From IMG/VR virus record IMGVR_UViG_3300016467_000680, positions 1-38,926 of that record: a DNA stretch of 38,926 bases. One strand, given 5' to 3'. Source of the DNA: a virus. Lineage: Duplodnaviria > Caudoviricetes. Every line of letters starts with the position of its first letter. The first letter of the stretch is position 1. Under the pieces are notes generated by a model that was not told where the DNA came from, made no database searches, and saw only the letters and a list, made by a program, of their open reading frames with translations. A program made the position numbers and the translations under genes. Positions 1 through 9,813 of the stretch are shown here, one piece after another.

Positions 1-404
1 CCGCTGGTGCCATCAGCCGAAGGCAGCGTCCAGGTGACATTGCTGGTAACTGTGGCAGGTGCCTGCAGTGCAACCCAGTTGCTGCTGTCCGAGTCAGCAA
101 ACCGCAGATCGCTTTGGGCATTCAACGTCACGTCGCCCGTGAACGTCGCACCAGATAATGCCGCCAAGCCCAGGTTGGCAACGGTCACATCACCAATCGT
201 CAGCCAGGCGCTATTGGAACCGTTGCGGAGCTTCAACAATGCCGGACTGACGCCAGTATCAATCCACGTCTGATAGGCGTAGGTCGTGGTCGGGGCAGTC
301 GCACCACTGTTCTGACTGACAACTGCCGCCAAAATTGTGTTCAGCTCAGCGCGGAAGTTCGCGCCAGACTGGTTGGCTAAAACGTAATCAGTGGCTTGGC
401 TCAT
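1..404 (-). CDS. Tail fibre protein, N-terminal part (runs off the window start)
   Basis: Not in the ORF track; translated by hand. ATG at 404 overlaps the J stop (ATGA). MSQATDYVLANQSGANFRAELNTILAAVVSQNSGATAPTTTYAYQTWIDT...LQAPATVTSNVTWTLPSADGTS is open to position 1 and resembles a fibre N-terminus following gpJ. Confidence 0.8.
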   Translation of the reverse strand, partial: MSQATDYVLANQSGANFRAELNTILAAVVSQNSGATAPTTTYAYQTWIDTGVSPALLKLRNGSNSAWLTIGDVTVANLGLAALSGATFTGDVTLNAQSDLRFADSDSSNWVALQAPATVTSNVTWTLPSADGTS

Positions 405-3400
405 GCGATTTGCCTGCCGTGACCCACGGCTTGATAGTCGAAAGTCTTACTGACTATCGTAGCCCCGCTGTCACGGAAGGTCACGGTGAAGCCAGTCCTG
501 CTAATGCTTGTCACGGTGAAATAATCACCTGCATCCATATCTTGCGCTGTAATGCCAACACTCGGCACACCATAAAAAGCAGTCGGGAAAGTAACCGCAT
601 AGGCGCTGGTGCCGCTAGTCAAATTGCGCTGGCTTTCAATACGCCGCTGGAATTGCGTGATGACGCCCAGCTCTTCCACCACCACGTTTTGCGCGACGTT
701 GCTGCTGGTGCTGATCATCTTGAACTGGAAGCCGCGTCCGCGTGTGGTGTTATTGACGAACGGCTGCCAGCTTGTCCAGGTTGGTGTGCCAGCCGGATCA
801 TCCGTTGTGCGGCGCACATAAAGCTGGCAGTTCGCCGCGCCAAGGTCATCGCCGTCGATGTCGTTCCACAAATCAACGAAGTCCAGGCGGTCATCCCATG
901 CGTTGCCTGGCTCGAAGGCGCGTGTTTTCAGGATGTTGCGCAGATCGATGTCGTAGACGCCGCCGAGATCCAGCGTTTCATAGAACTGGTAACTGCCTTC
1001 TGGTACGGCACCACCGATGTAGTCGATCAGTCCCAGCCCATCCCAGTTGTTATCGGTCGCCATGTCGTCGACCAACGTATCCGAGGCAAGAATCAGCCCG
1101 TTCTCGCTGGTGCTATACGCCATGTCGGTGGCGGTGCCATTAAACGGTGGGCTGTTGTCTTCCTCTCGATACTCCTGAATCAGCAGCGCATCTTGCGGCT
1201 CCGGCAAATCGACGATTACCGAAGCAATGCCATCAGATTCGTTGTTTGTTGAATCGATGGCACGAATCATGTAGGTGCCTTCAAGCAAAGGCACGATCTT
1301 GCGGGTGCTGCCGCCGTTGACAGCAGGAACAATGTCGTTGCCCTTGCCCCATGTGGCGCTGCCGTCAGTTAGGGGGCTATGGCGGATACGGATTTGACCG
1401 CCGATGCGCACGTCAATGTCGACAGTCTGCGGCCAGTACAGTTCGGCATTTTTATCATCAATCGGAGCAATGAACAGATCAGGAATGGTCTGCGGTGGTG
1501 CGGTCTTGCCGATCGCATCAAATGTTCCAGTTGCTGAATTGCTGCCAACGCGAGCAGCGTTTTGCGTGATGACCTCGAACTCATAACGTCCGACGTTGGT
1601 ATCAAAAATCTCGTATTCAGCCGCTTTGGGGTATGCCGTGATCCAGTTGCCGTTTGCCAGCCTGTAGCGGAATTGATACTGAAACGCTTCGGGAACGCTT
1701 TGCCAGCTCACAACAATGCGTTGTGCGACCTGACCGTTGTTTTCGTACAGAAATTCTTGCGCTTGGATATTGCTGGTTGCCGGGGGTGGCACGTTCAGGT
1801 TCGTAATATCTCGAACCGGAATCTCGACGTGCCGCTCAACGTAATCGTATTTCTGCTGGGAGTAGTAGACGCCAGTGATGGCGTACGTCAAACCATCCTG
1901 CTCACCGACGGTCAGAACGCGCCATAGCGTCGGACGCACATCATCGGAACTGATGACGAACACTGCCCCAGGTTGCGGGGTGCTGGGTAGTGCCGTTTCA
2001 AGGAAAAGGATGTTGCCGGATCTGCTGCCGATCCTGCTGCTGCCAAACGTGCCATCAGGAAGCAGCACACGGATGGCAGGGTTGAGGTTGGTGACAGGCA
2101 CCACCGTGGCAGTGGTGTCGTCGATGACGATTTGAGTGGTGGTTGCAGTTTTGACTCGTCCACCACGTCGCTCACCACTGATAACTGGGTCATACACCTG
2201 GACCACATCGCCAGGTCGGACAATCACGCCAGCGTCAGCCGCCACCTCAAAAGCAATGGTGTTGCCCTCGTTTTGGTCGGTGTAAAGCATCCATTCGCCA
2301 AGACGGCGAGCTTGACCACGGGATGTGCAGGCAAATGCCGAGATGTCTGCCTTGACGACGCCATATTTGGCAATGGCTTCAAGATCTTCGACGACTTCAT
2401 ATTGAATTTCTCGTGCGTCGAGATCCATGTATGCAACCTGCACCACCGTGTGGCGGGTTTTTAGGCTGCTGCCGCTATAGGTGAAGTTGCCGTTGACAAC
2501 ATTTGCTGGGGTGAAGCAGTAGCTGAAATTGGTTGGACGGTCTTGACTAAGTGCCAGTGCCCCAGTGGACCAGAACGGCATTGCCCGGAATACCGAGCAC
2601 ATGTCGTTGATCAGCTTGTATGCCTCCTCTTGCGTTTGGATATTGACCGAACAGGAAAAGCGCGGCTCAAATACGCCGGTGCCATCGTCGAGACCATGCC
2701 TGCCTGTTTGAGGGGCATAGTCGTCAGTGCTGCCAGCCGGGCGGGTGTTTCGTGCTGAGCAGTATTGGCTGGCTTCATAGAACGCCCATTTATCAAGATT
2801 GGCGGCTTTGATATGGTCGCCTAGCCCGTAGCGATTGTTGGTCAGCAGATCCCACATCACCCAGGCGGGATCAGATGTCCACTGCCTGCCGCCGTAGGTG
2901 TAGCCGCCACTGGTGCTTTGAGTAAAGGTGCCGTCCCACGGTTCATCCTTAAAGATCAGCGCACCACGGCCGTAAGGTCCGATGGCGGGGCGGGCATTGC
3001 TAGGGATTTGAACTTTGATGCCGCGAATGCGGTATGCACGCTGCGGAACACTTGCAAATTGCTCAGCAGGAAAAACAAAGCCGCACAGAGCACTATTGGG
3101 ATACCGCAGCTTTGAGTAGCGGATTTCGCTGTAGGAAGCCCAATAAACTTTATCAATTCGGGTATCACCATAAGCATCGCCAGCAGGAGGTTCTTGTGTT
3201 TCACGAACTATGCGGACGGCAAAGCTGGTCGTGAACAGATTGGGCTGAACGACATTAACAACAACTGTGCGTTGGTACAAATCGCTGGTACGCCCCGCAA
3301 TCTGCATGCGCGTGTCACCACTGGGAATGCCGCCATAGGCTGGATCACTGGTAAATGCACCACCGTCGTAGGAGACTTCAATGCGGAAATTGACCTGCGT

Positions 3401-3835
3401 TCCGCCGAAATCACCATTTGATTTGAAATATTCCAGCCGTGGGACAGAGAACGTAACTCGGACGGCATCGACTGTTGTATCCGTAATTGTGCGAGTGACT
3501 GGGCTGCCGTATTGAATTTCAACGCCGACGTTGTAAGCGGTTTCACCTGCTCGAAAGCCAGTAATCCAGTTTTGTGATTGCTCGCCGTAACGGTGGTAGG
3601 TAAGAACGCCTTTGTAGTTGTAATTGTTGTCCTGAGGACTAGTGGGATCTGCCCCAGATTGCAGAATGGGTTGATTGTCTAAATAAATGTCCTTGAGGGC
3701 TGCAATGTTGTATGTTTCTGTGCCTCGTGTGTAATTTCTTGCTGAAGGAAAGCCTTCAATCTCACCCTCGCTGATCAGATCAAGAATCCGCGCATATTGC
3801 GAATTGTTTAAGTTGTCGCGGCTAATTGCAGGCAT
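401..3835 (-). CDS. Tail tip / host specificity protein J (lambda gpJ-like)
   Basis: 1144 aa with LDLISEGEIEG, YPNSAL, DPAWVMWDLLTNNRYGLG, EPRFSC and CTSRGQARRLGEW motifs plus an FN3-like C-terminal region; follows M-L-K-I. Confidence 0.93.
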   Translation of the reverse strand: MPAISRDNLNNSQYARILDLISEGEIEGFPSARNYTRGTETYNIAALKDIYLDNQPILQSGADPTSPQDNNYNYKGVLTYHRYGEQSQNWITGFRAGETAYNVGVEIQYGSPVTRTITDTTVDAVRVTFSVPRLEYFKSNGDFGGTQVNFRIEVSYDGGAFTSDPAYGGIPSGDTRMQIAGRTSDLYQRTVVVNVVQPNLFTTSFAVRIVRETQEPPAGDAYGDTRIDKVYWASYSEIRYSKLRYPNSALCGFVFPAEQFASVPQRAYRIRGIKVQIPSNARPAIGPYGRGALIFKDEPWDGTFTQSTSGGYTYGGRQWTSDPAWVMWDLLTNNRYGLGDHIKAANLDKWAFYEASQYCSARNTRPAGSTDDYAPQTGRHGLDDGTGVFEPRFSCSVNIQTQEEAYKLINDMCSVFRAMPFWSTGALALSQDRPTNFSYCFTPANVVNGNFTYSGSSLKTRHTVVQVAYMDLDAREIQYEVVEDLEAIAKYGVVKADISAFACTSRGQARRLGEWMLYTDQNEGNTIAFEVAADAGVIVRPGDVVQVYDPVISGERRGGRVKTATTTQIVIDDTTATVVPVTNLNPAIRVLLPDGTFGSSRIGSRSGNILFLETALPSTPQPGAVFVISSDDVRPTLWRVLTVGEQDGLTYAITGVYYSQQKYDYVERHVEIPVRDITNLNVPPPATSNIQAQEFLYENNGQVAQRIVVSWQSVPEAFQYQFRYRLANGNWITAYPKAAEYEIFDTNVGRYEFEVITQNAARVGSNSATGTFDAIGKTAPPQTIPDLFIAPIDDKNAELYWPQTVDIDVRIGGQIRIRHSPLTDGSATWGKGNDIVPAVNGGSTRKIVPLLEGTYMIRAIDSTNNESDGIASVIVDLPEPQDALLIQEYREEDNSPPFNGTATDMAYSTSENGLILASDTLVDDMATDNNWDGLGLIDYIGGAVPEGSYQFYETLDLGGVYDIDLRNILKTRAFEPGNAWDDRLDFVDLWNDIDGDDLGAANCQLYVRRTTDDPAGTPTWTSWQPFVNNTTRGRGFQFKMISTSSNVAQNVVVEELGVITQFQRRIESQRNLTSGTSAYAVTFPTAFYGVPSVGITAQDMDAGDYFTVTSISRTGFTVTFRDSGATIVSKTFDYQAVGHGRQIA

Positions 3836-3837
3836 GA

Positions 3838-4506
3838 TCAGTACACCGTCGACTCGGGATCATCAGTCAGGATCGCGGCAGAGATAGTTACGCTGCCGAC
3901 AATCGTTTCGCCATAGACGATTGGGACTGGCACGCCCTGTCTACTGACATTTTGGATGCCACTGAAGTTGTACGATTTGCGGGGGTCTTGGTTGCTAAAT
4001 GTTTCACCAAGTCCTGAGCTAACTCCTAGCTGTGGCGTTGGCGTAAGCAGTTGTGCAACGCCGCCAAGTACCAGTGACGCGCCGATGGCGCCGATTGCAA
4101 CAGATGCTCCCGCCCCCAAAGTAAATGTGCCCGCTAGTAAACCCTGTCCCGCCCCAAGGAAGCCACCACCAACAGGCGCCAGCAAAATAGCAGCAGCGAT
4201 TAAACCGATGCCAGCCAAAACTTTGCCAACACCACCACCCGCACCAGCCATCACGGGCACAATCTTGATCTCTTCCTCAGCACCAATCGGATAATGCAGT
4301 TGTTCCGGCTGGTCACCGATGTCCAGCGCGTTGTCTGATACCAGCACTTTGTAATACTGGTCAGCCATGTGGCTGCGAAGTGCCGGAAAATTTGCCAGCA
4401 GAAAACGCACAGCCTCAGCGGGATTGGCAACGTCAGCCCTGAAAAACCGACGCTTCAGAAATTTTGCCAGCGAGCCGTAGACCTTGATCTTGCGCAGCAT
4501 CGTCAA
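3838..4506 (-). CDS. Tail assembly protein I (lambda gpI-like)
   Basis: Ubiquitin-like N-terminus (IKVYGSLAKFL...IVPVMAGAGG), Gly-rich hydrophobic middle, QGVPVPIVYGETIVGS; start may be 4500. Confidence 0.9.
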   Translation of the reverse strand: MTMLRKIKVYGSLAKFLKRRFFRADVANPAEAVRFLLANFPALRSHMADQYYKVLVSDNALDIGDQPEQLHYPIGAEEEIKIVPVMAGAGGGVGKVLAGIGLIAAAILLAPVGGGFLGAGQGLLAGTFTLGAGASVAIGAIGASLVLGGVAQLLTPTPQLGVSSGLGETFSNQDPRKSYNFSGIQNVSRQGVPVPIVYGETIVGSVTISAAILTDDPESTVY

Positions 4507-5213
4507 ATCCGGCTGATGTGACGCAGGACTCGCCCTGTGATCTCTTGATAATAGCCGCCATAAAGGTCACGGCTACTGAGCCGCCCTCGAACATGTTGCA
4601 GGATCATGCCGTCGCCTAAGTACACCGCACAGTGACTTAAACCCTTTGTCCCAAGCGCCATCAGCAGGGCATCGCCCTGCTTAAACCCATCAGCACGATC
4701 AACATCCCGAAAGCCCGTCGCCTCATAACACTGCTCAAACAGCGGGTCAGCATTGAAAGCATCGGGCGTTACTGGGCGATCCCAATCGCGTAGATCCAGC
4801 GTCCATTCCTGCCGATACCAGTCACGCACCAGCGTCCAGCAGTCGCTAAAGCCCCATACCCAAGGTCTGCCAACGAGCGGCGCTTGGTAGCCGCAAGGCT
4901 GGTACGTTGCCCAGGTCTCATCATGTGGCTGGACAATATGCCAGATCAGACCGGACTTTTCGGCTGAAATCTTGTCCGCCTCGCTTGGCTGTGGTGAGCA
5001 GTTGGGATGGCTATGAACTACAGCAATGATCTCGCCAGCATCTTCTGCATCGGCATAGTCTTCGGGGTCGAGCAAAAACTGATCCGCCTCAGGTTGCAGG
5101 TTTTTGCACGGCCAGTAGCGTTCGCGTCCCTTGATAACCACCAACAAACCACAAGCCTCGCGTGGCGTTTCAGCCTTGGCATGCTCCAGTGCTGCCGCCT
5201 TCCACTCAATCAT
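4503..5213 (-). CDS. Tail assembly protein K (JAB/MPN + NlpC/P60)
   Basis: EACG, HSHP...PSEAD JAMM motif, then DCWTLVRDWY and HCAVYLG NlpC/P60 motifs. Confidence 0.93.
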   Translation of the reverse strand: MIEWKAAALEHAKAETPREACGLLVVIKGRERYWPCKNLQPEADQFLLDPEDYADAEDAGEIIAVVHSHPNCSPQPSEADKISAEKSGLIWHIVQPHDETWATYQPCGYQAPLVGRPWVWGFSDCWTLVRDWYRQEWTLDLRDWDRPVTPDAFNADPLFEQCYEATGFRDVDRADGFKQGDALLMALGTKGLSHCAVYLGDGMILQHVRGRLSSRDLYGGYYQEITGRVLRHISRI

Positions 5214-6142
5214 CCGATAAACGTACCAAGTGAGGGGAAGCTGCCAAATGGCACACCAGTGTCGGCATTGGGATCAAAGCGTTTTTCGCAGCTACTTAGG
5301 CGTTTGCCGCATACGTCTTCTGCCAATGTGGCAACTGGCTCGTCATTTATGTCGAAATAGTTGCTGCCGGTGTAACCGCATTCGGTGCTGCGGTACTTCC
5401 ATTGGCAAATGTTGGCGATGCACTGGCGCTTGGGTGCTCGTACACCAGCCAAATCAAAGGCGCTGACTAGTTCAAACTCAACTACGTCGCGGTTTTCCGT
5501 GACCTTGCGATCGACGTAAAAGATCTCGCGGGGGGCTTCGGCAGTTGGGTCCGGTGTGCCATAAGGGTTGGTATTGCCGGGGAAATTAACCGCGTCCAAA
5601 TACCGCGCCAGCGTGCGGATCCTGGTCAGCTTCGCGCCACACAAATCATTGCCGGGGTTGACCGCGTTGATTTCAATCATGATCAACGACAGCAGGCTGA
5701 ACAGGTTTGACACCCGCACCCTTGGTCGTGGCAGTTGCCCATTGCCCAAATACTCAAACCCCTCAACCTCAATTGGGTAACGGGTGTACTGGTTGCCATT
5801 CCAAGTAACGCCTGTGTTTGGCGTTTTGAGCGTCAGCCCAGCGTGGAAACGGTAAATATCGTCAGCGCCATGCAATGCGGCAAATGTTTCAAGCTCATAT
5901 AGGTCGATGATCGCCGTAGGCGAAAGCTCAGACAGCTCAGGCGCTACAGCACTGACAGATAGCCAGACAACAGTGTTGTCGTTAACCTCTTGGCTGCCGA
6001 TGGTTGCCCAAAACGGTTCACTGCCGCCGCTTGTGCCAGCAGTTGTGCAACGGAAAACTAATCCGGTGCCCTGTTGGCTAGTAGGTCGAACAACGGCACC
6101 AACGGCATAAGACGTAGATGCCTGCCATGCGGTGTAAGCCAT
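5210..6142 (-). CDS. Minor tail protein L (lambda gpL-like) with N-terminal extension
   Basis: YPIEVEGFE, RIRTLARYLDAVNF, and C-terminal Cys cluster CQWKYRSTECGY...DVCGKRLSSC. Confidence 0.92.
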   Translation of the reverse strand: MAYTAWQASTSYAVGAVVRPTSQQGTGLVFRCTTAGTSGGSEPFWATIGSQEVNDNTVVWLSVSAVAPELSELSPTAIIDLYELETFAALHGADDIYRFHAGLTLKTPNTGVTWNGNQYTRYPIEVEGFEYLGNGQLPRPRVRVSNLFSLLSLIMIEINAVNPGNDLCGAKLTRIRTLARYLDAVNFPGNTNPYGTPDPTAEAPREIFYVDRKVTENRDVVEFELVSAFDLAGVRAPKRQCIANICQWKYRSTECGYTGSNYFDINDEPVATLAEDVCGKRLSSCEKRFDPNADTGVPFGSFPSLGTFIG

Positions 6143-6487
6143 TTACGGTTCGTAGACTTGGCGGAAGGTTGCAGAAATAGTTGCCAAATTTGCGTAAGGA
6201 ATTGATTTGGACCACTCATCACAACGCCATTTGTAGGAAGTTGAATCGTCTGGTGGTGTCCAATCAAATGCGTCACCATCGGCTGCGCGAGCATCTAAAA
6301 ATGCTTCGATAGTGTCGCCTTGCGCTTCTGTAATGTTCGCCCAAGTTAAATCCCAAGTTTTAGGATTTTGATTTAAACCGAAACGTAAAACTTGTTCATA
6401 ACCATCGCCAAATTTTACGACACGATTTGTTGGAGCACTTTTTTTGGTTACTCCATAATTTGGAGCGATATTAGGAAAAGTAGCCAT
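6143..6487 (-). CDS. Minor tail protein M (distal tail)
   Basis: VKFGDGYEQ...GLN, FDWTPP, ATFRQVYEP motifs of lambda gpM. Confidence 0.92.
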   Translation of the reverse strand: MATFPNIAPNYGVTKKSAPTNRVVKFGDGYEQVLRFGLNQNPKTWDLTWANITEAQGDTIEAFLDARAADGDAFDWTPPDDSTSYKWRCDEWSKSIPYANLATISATFRQVYEP

Positions 6488-9135
6488 TAGGAAAGCAAGC
6501 CTCCCGGACGTTTCTGTTTGATCAATTCTGCCTGCACTGCAGCGCCAATGGCACGTCCCAATGCAGCAGCGTTTGGCTGGTCTCCTTGTGCCTTAGTACC
6601 AGAAGCGTCGACATTGACAACCACATTGCCAACAGAGCCACCATCTCTCATGGTGACGGGGATGCTGCGTCCATCAGGCAGTGGCACATAGGCTTCAGGA
6701 CGGCTGCCCTCACCAAACATTGCTAATTGCGGACCGCTGGCAATACCACCGTTTGCGTAACGCTTGAGAGGCATTGGACCGTTAGGGGTCATGACACCAC
6801 CCATTGCAAACCCAAATAATTTGCCAACTGAGCTGCCTTGAAAAACACTTTTGAGAGTGGCAAAAATTGCTGCGCGAGCGAAGATCTTGGCAAGATCAGC
6901 AAGGACCGAACGAGTCAGATCAGCAAAAGTAGCTTTTCCGTTAATGGCAAATTCAACAAGTTGATCACCTAAGGAGGAAAAAGCATTGCCAAGTGATGTT
7001 GCCAAATTTGAGCCAAGATTTAAAGCTGCATCGCCGACAGATTTAAATGCAGACCTAAAGTTTTCCGCAAATGTTTTTGCTTTATTAGCTTGTTCAAGCG
7101 CAGCGCGTAAACGCTCAATTTGCTGTTCAGTAGCCGTTGGGTATTTGGCTATAAATTCATCAATTTGCCGAATAATTATTAATCGTTTTGCCTCTTCTTC
7201 GTTAATTTTTCCAGACTTAATTTCGGCATCTTGAAGCACTTTGTTGATTTCCTTTTGAACATCAAGTGCTTTTATTACTTGTTCTCCGAATCCTTGAAAT
7301 TCAGCTTCAATCGATTTGCGAAGTTTGCTTTCATTTCTGAGGCTTTCGGCAATTGCTTGATTCCGTCCAATTTGACCCCGTTCAAATTTTAGACCTGTCT
7401 GTAGTTCATCAAGTCTAAATTGAGCCGCATTGGCTTTTATGGTTAATCCAGCTTGTTCAAAATTATTAATTTCCTTGATTAAGTCAAGTTCTTCTTTTGT
7501 GAGATCGACAATTTCTTTTCCTTTTTTCTTTTTAGCCTCACCCCCGTCAGCCTCTTGCCCAGGTGCCAATGGTTGTCCGGCTCCAGCGCCAAAAGCAGAT
7601 GGCGTAAATTCTGGAAATATAATATTTTGAATTTTTTCTGTATAGCCCGTAGATTTTGCCGCTTTAGTTGCGCCATCTATCAGCTCATTGAAACGTTTGG
7701 TGTAAAATTTTTCAGCTTCGCCAGCTTTTAAGAAAGTGAAAAAGCCAAACTTTGTTTCAGTTTCTTTTCGCGCCTGCGTTTGAAACTGCTCTATTCGCTG
7801 TGGCGTCAACGATTGAGCTGCCTTTGCCCTGTTAATAGCCTCTTCTACACGGGATAGAACCGTATCAAGGTTGCCTAGGATTGTGCTAAATACAGCGTTG
7901 AAGACGCCGACAACAAATTTGGCCAAACCGCCAACAAGTTTGCCGATTTCATTAAAACCAATAGCCAAAACGGTGACGACTCGCTTAATAGTTTCCTCGT
8001 TTTTAAGGGCAAATTCAATCAATCCGCGGAAATAATTTTGAAAGCCAGCCCCTACAACTTGGAAGAAACCGCCATAAGCAACAGTTGCAAAATCAAGCGA
8101 TACTTTTAATCTTGCGCCCGCGTTTTCAGGTGCATCAGCAAGGATTTGCGCTGTCTCGCCATATCGCTTGTACAATTCATCGCTGAATTTCAAGAAATCA
8201 GCAAGAGTAACCTTGCCTTCTTCCAATGCTTTGTCTAATTGCTGTGGAGTTTTGTTAATAGCTTGCGCGAAAATCGTGAATGCACCTGGCAGTCTTTCAC
8301 CAATTTGCTGACGCAATTCTTCAGCGGAAACTTTGCCTTTGCTGAATACTTGCGCAGTAGCGCGTAGCGCAGAATTAAGATCTTCTGCGCGGCCACCAGT
8401 GGCAATGACGGCAGATGCAATACCTTTAAAAACAGAAGTGGTTTCTTTTGTGCTGAGACCAGCACCTACAACAGATGCCTTCAATTTGGTGTATTGCTCA
8501 GTGGCATCACGCAAAGGCAACAAATATGCTTTGCTTAATTGCGTTACATCATCAATACTTTTTGTGTAATCAGCTTGATCCTTACTGACGCCCGCAAGAG
8601 CAATTTTGTATTTGTTAATCTGAGCAACGTTTTCGGCTATAGCCCCAAGCTGTTGACGTAAAGCACCAACCTGCGCACCAATCGCAGCGCCAGCCAATGC
8701 GCCAGGAACGCCACCAACGGCGCCACCAATAGCACCGCCAACGAATCCTTCAGGACCGCCGAAAACACCACCAGACGCAACGGCACCAAGCGTTTGAGCA
8801 AGCTTCGCACCACGGCCACCAGCTTGCTTGCCTTCTACTTGTGCTAGCTGCTTATCAAGACGCGCAATCTCTGCCGTTGCTTGCTTAAATGCATCACTAC
8901 CCAGATTGGCGGAACGACGAATCGCATCAAAAGCTTCTTTTTGACGCTGTAAACCGTTGATCGAGCGGTTAGTTGCAGTATCTAGGCTGCGAACACTATC
9001 CAATAATTTATTGAAGTCGTTACTGCTGGCTTTTGCTTCCGTAGAAACACCACGAACTGCAACTCGCAGACGATTTAAACCTTCAAGGTTTTCAACCTCG
9101 GCTCTGACGCGCAATACCGTGGATTGATCAGCCAT
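6487..9135 (-). CDS. Tape measure protein
   Basis: 882 aa, Ala/Gly-rich and helical, QVFSKGKVSAEELRQQIGERLPG motif, lambda-type C-terminus (QKRPGGLL). Confidence 0.93.
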   Translation of the reverse strand: MADQSTVLRVRAEVENLEGLNRLRVAVRGVSTEAKASSNDFNKLLDSVRSLDTATNRSINGLQRQKEAFDAIRRSANLGSDAFKQATAEIARLDKQLAQVEGKQAGGRGAKLAQTLGAVASGGVFGGPEGFVGGAIGGAVGGVPGALAGAAIGAQVGALRQQLGAIAENVAQINKYKIALAGVSKDQADYTKSIDDVTQLSKAYLLPLRDATEQYTKLKASVVGAGLSTKETTSVFKGIASAVIATGGRAEDLNSALRATAQVFSKGKVSAEELRQQIGERLPGAFTIFAQAINKTPQQLDKALEEGKVTLADFLKFSDELYKRYGETAQILADAPENAGARLKVSLDFATVAYGGFFQVVGAGFQNYFRGLIEFALKNEETIKRVVTVLAIGFNEIGKLVGGLAKFVVGVFNAVFSTILGNLDTVLSRVEEAINRAKAAQSLTPQRIEQFQTQARKETETKFGFFTFLKAGEAEKFYTKRFNELIDGATKAAKSTGYTEKIQNIIFPEFTPSAFGAGAGQPLAPGQEADGGEAKKKKGKEIVDLTKEELDLIKEINNFEQAGLTIKANAAQFRLDELQTGLKFERGQIGRNQAIAESLRNESKLRKSIEAEFQGFGEQVIKALDVQKEINKVLQDAEIKSGKINEEEAKRLIIIRQIDEFIAKYPTATEQQIERLRAALEQANKAKTFAENFRSAFKSVGDAALNLGSNLATSLGNAFSSLGDQLVEFAINGKATFADLTRSVLADLAKIFARAAIFATLKSVFQGSSVGKLFGFAMGGVMTPNGPMPLKRYANGGIASGPQLAMFGEGSRPEAYVPLPDGRSIPVTMRDGGSVGNVVVNVDASGTKAQGDQPNAAALGRAIGAAVQAELIKQKRPGGLLS

Positions 9136-9484
9136 TACTTACTCCGTTGTTCTTGAAAGCAGGTAAGCGCAGTTGCTTCCATGATGCGGATACCTTCAAA
9201 CAAGGCGACCGGATCCATCACTGCATACAGCTTACAGAGCCATTCCAGACTCGGGTAGTTCAAACCGACAGCACCGCTAACTCCGACGTTCCATTGCGTC
9301 TGCATGCGCATGAACATTTGAACTGTTTCTAAGTTTTCCTCCCATACCTCGAAGTCTTCAGCGTCTTTGCGTGATTGCAAATCAGCAATGGCTTCAGGCA
9401 TCAAGCCCAAAGCCTTTAAATCTTCGTCGGTTTCTTCTTCACCTGCCTGAGCCATGCCGCACCAATGACGTGCGGCGTCTTCTA
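9135..9484 (-). CDS. Tail assembly chaperone GT extension (DUF1799-like), reached by -1 frameshift
   Basis: FEVWEEN...MQTQW...GLNY motif; the frame is open from the slippery site at 9485-9491; lies between the chaperone and the tape measure gene. Confidence 0.85.
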
Positions 9485-9808
9485 GTTTTTTGCCAGCACC
9501 CCTGCAACGCTATCGGCGTAAGCAGTGATCAAGCCTCGGATGACATAAGGATCATCCAACATTTCTTTTTTGTTTTTCTGGGTGAAAGGAATTTCTTTCC
9601 CATCATCATCCAGAACACCGTCCCAGCCTTCAAGGATTTGCTCAACAAGGGCATCCTCACCCTTCTCAAGCAAATCCACAAAAGACGAACGGCTCATTCG
9701 TTTGAAGACTGCATCGAACGTTTGTTTTTCAAACTTGCCGCCATCAATAGGTGTTTCTACTGAAACCGGCCACTTGTACGTTGCAGTCTTCTTAAGAACG
9801 AATGCCAT
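9482..9808 (-). CDS. Tail assembly chaperone G
   Basis: 108 aa after the tail tube; ends GCA AAA AAC TAG; LEGWDGVLDDDGKEIPFT motif. Confidence 0.85.
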   Translation of the reverse strand: MAFVLKKTATYKWPVSVETPIDGGKFEKQTFDAVFKRMSRSSFVDLLEKGEDALVEQILEGWDGVLDDDGKEIPFTQKNKKEMLDDPYVIRGLITAYADSVAGVLAKN

Positions 9809-9813
9809 GCGGT

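Noticed and set aside
335-1252. 305-aa plus-strand ORF
   Set aside because: Antisense shadow of gpJ.
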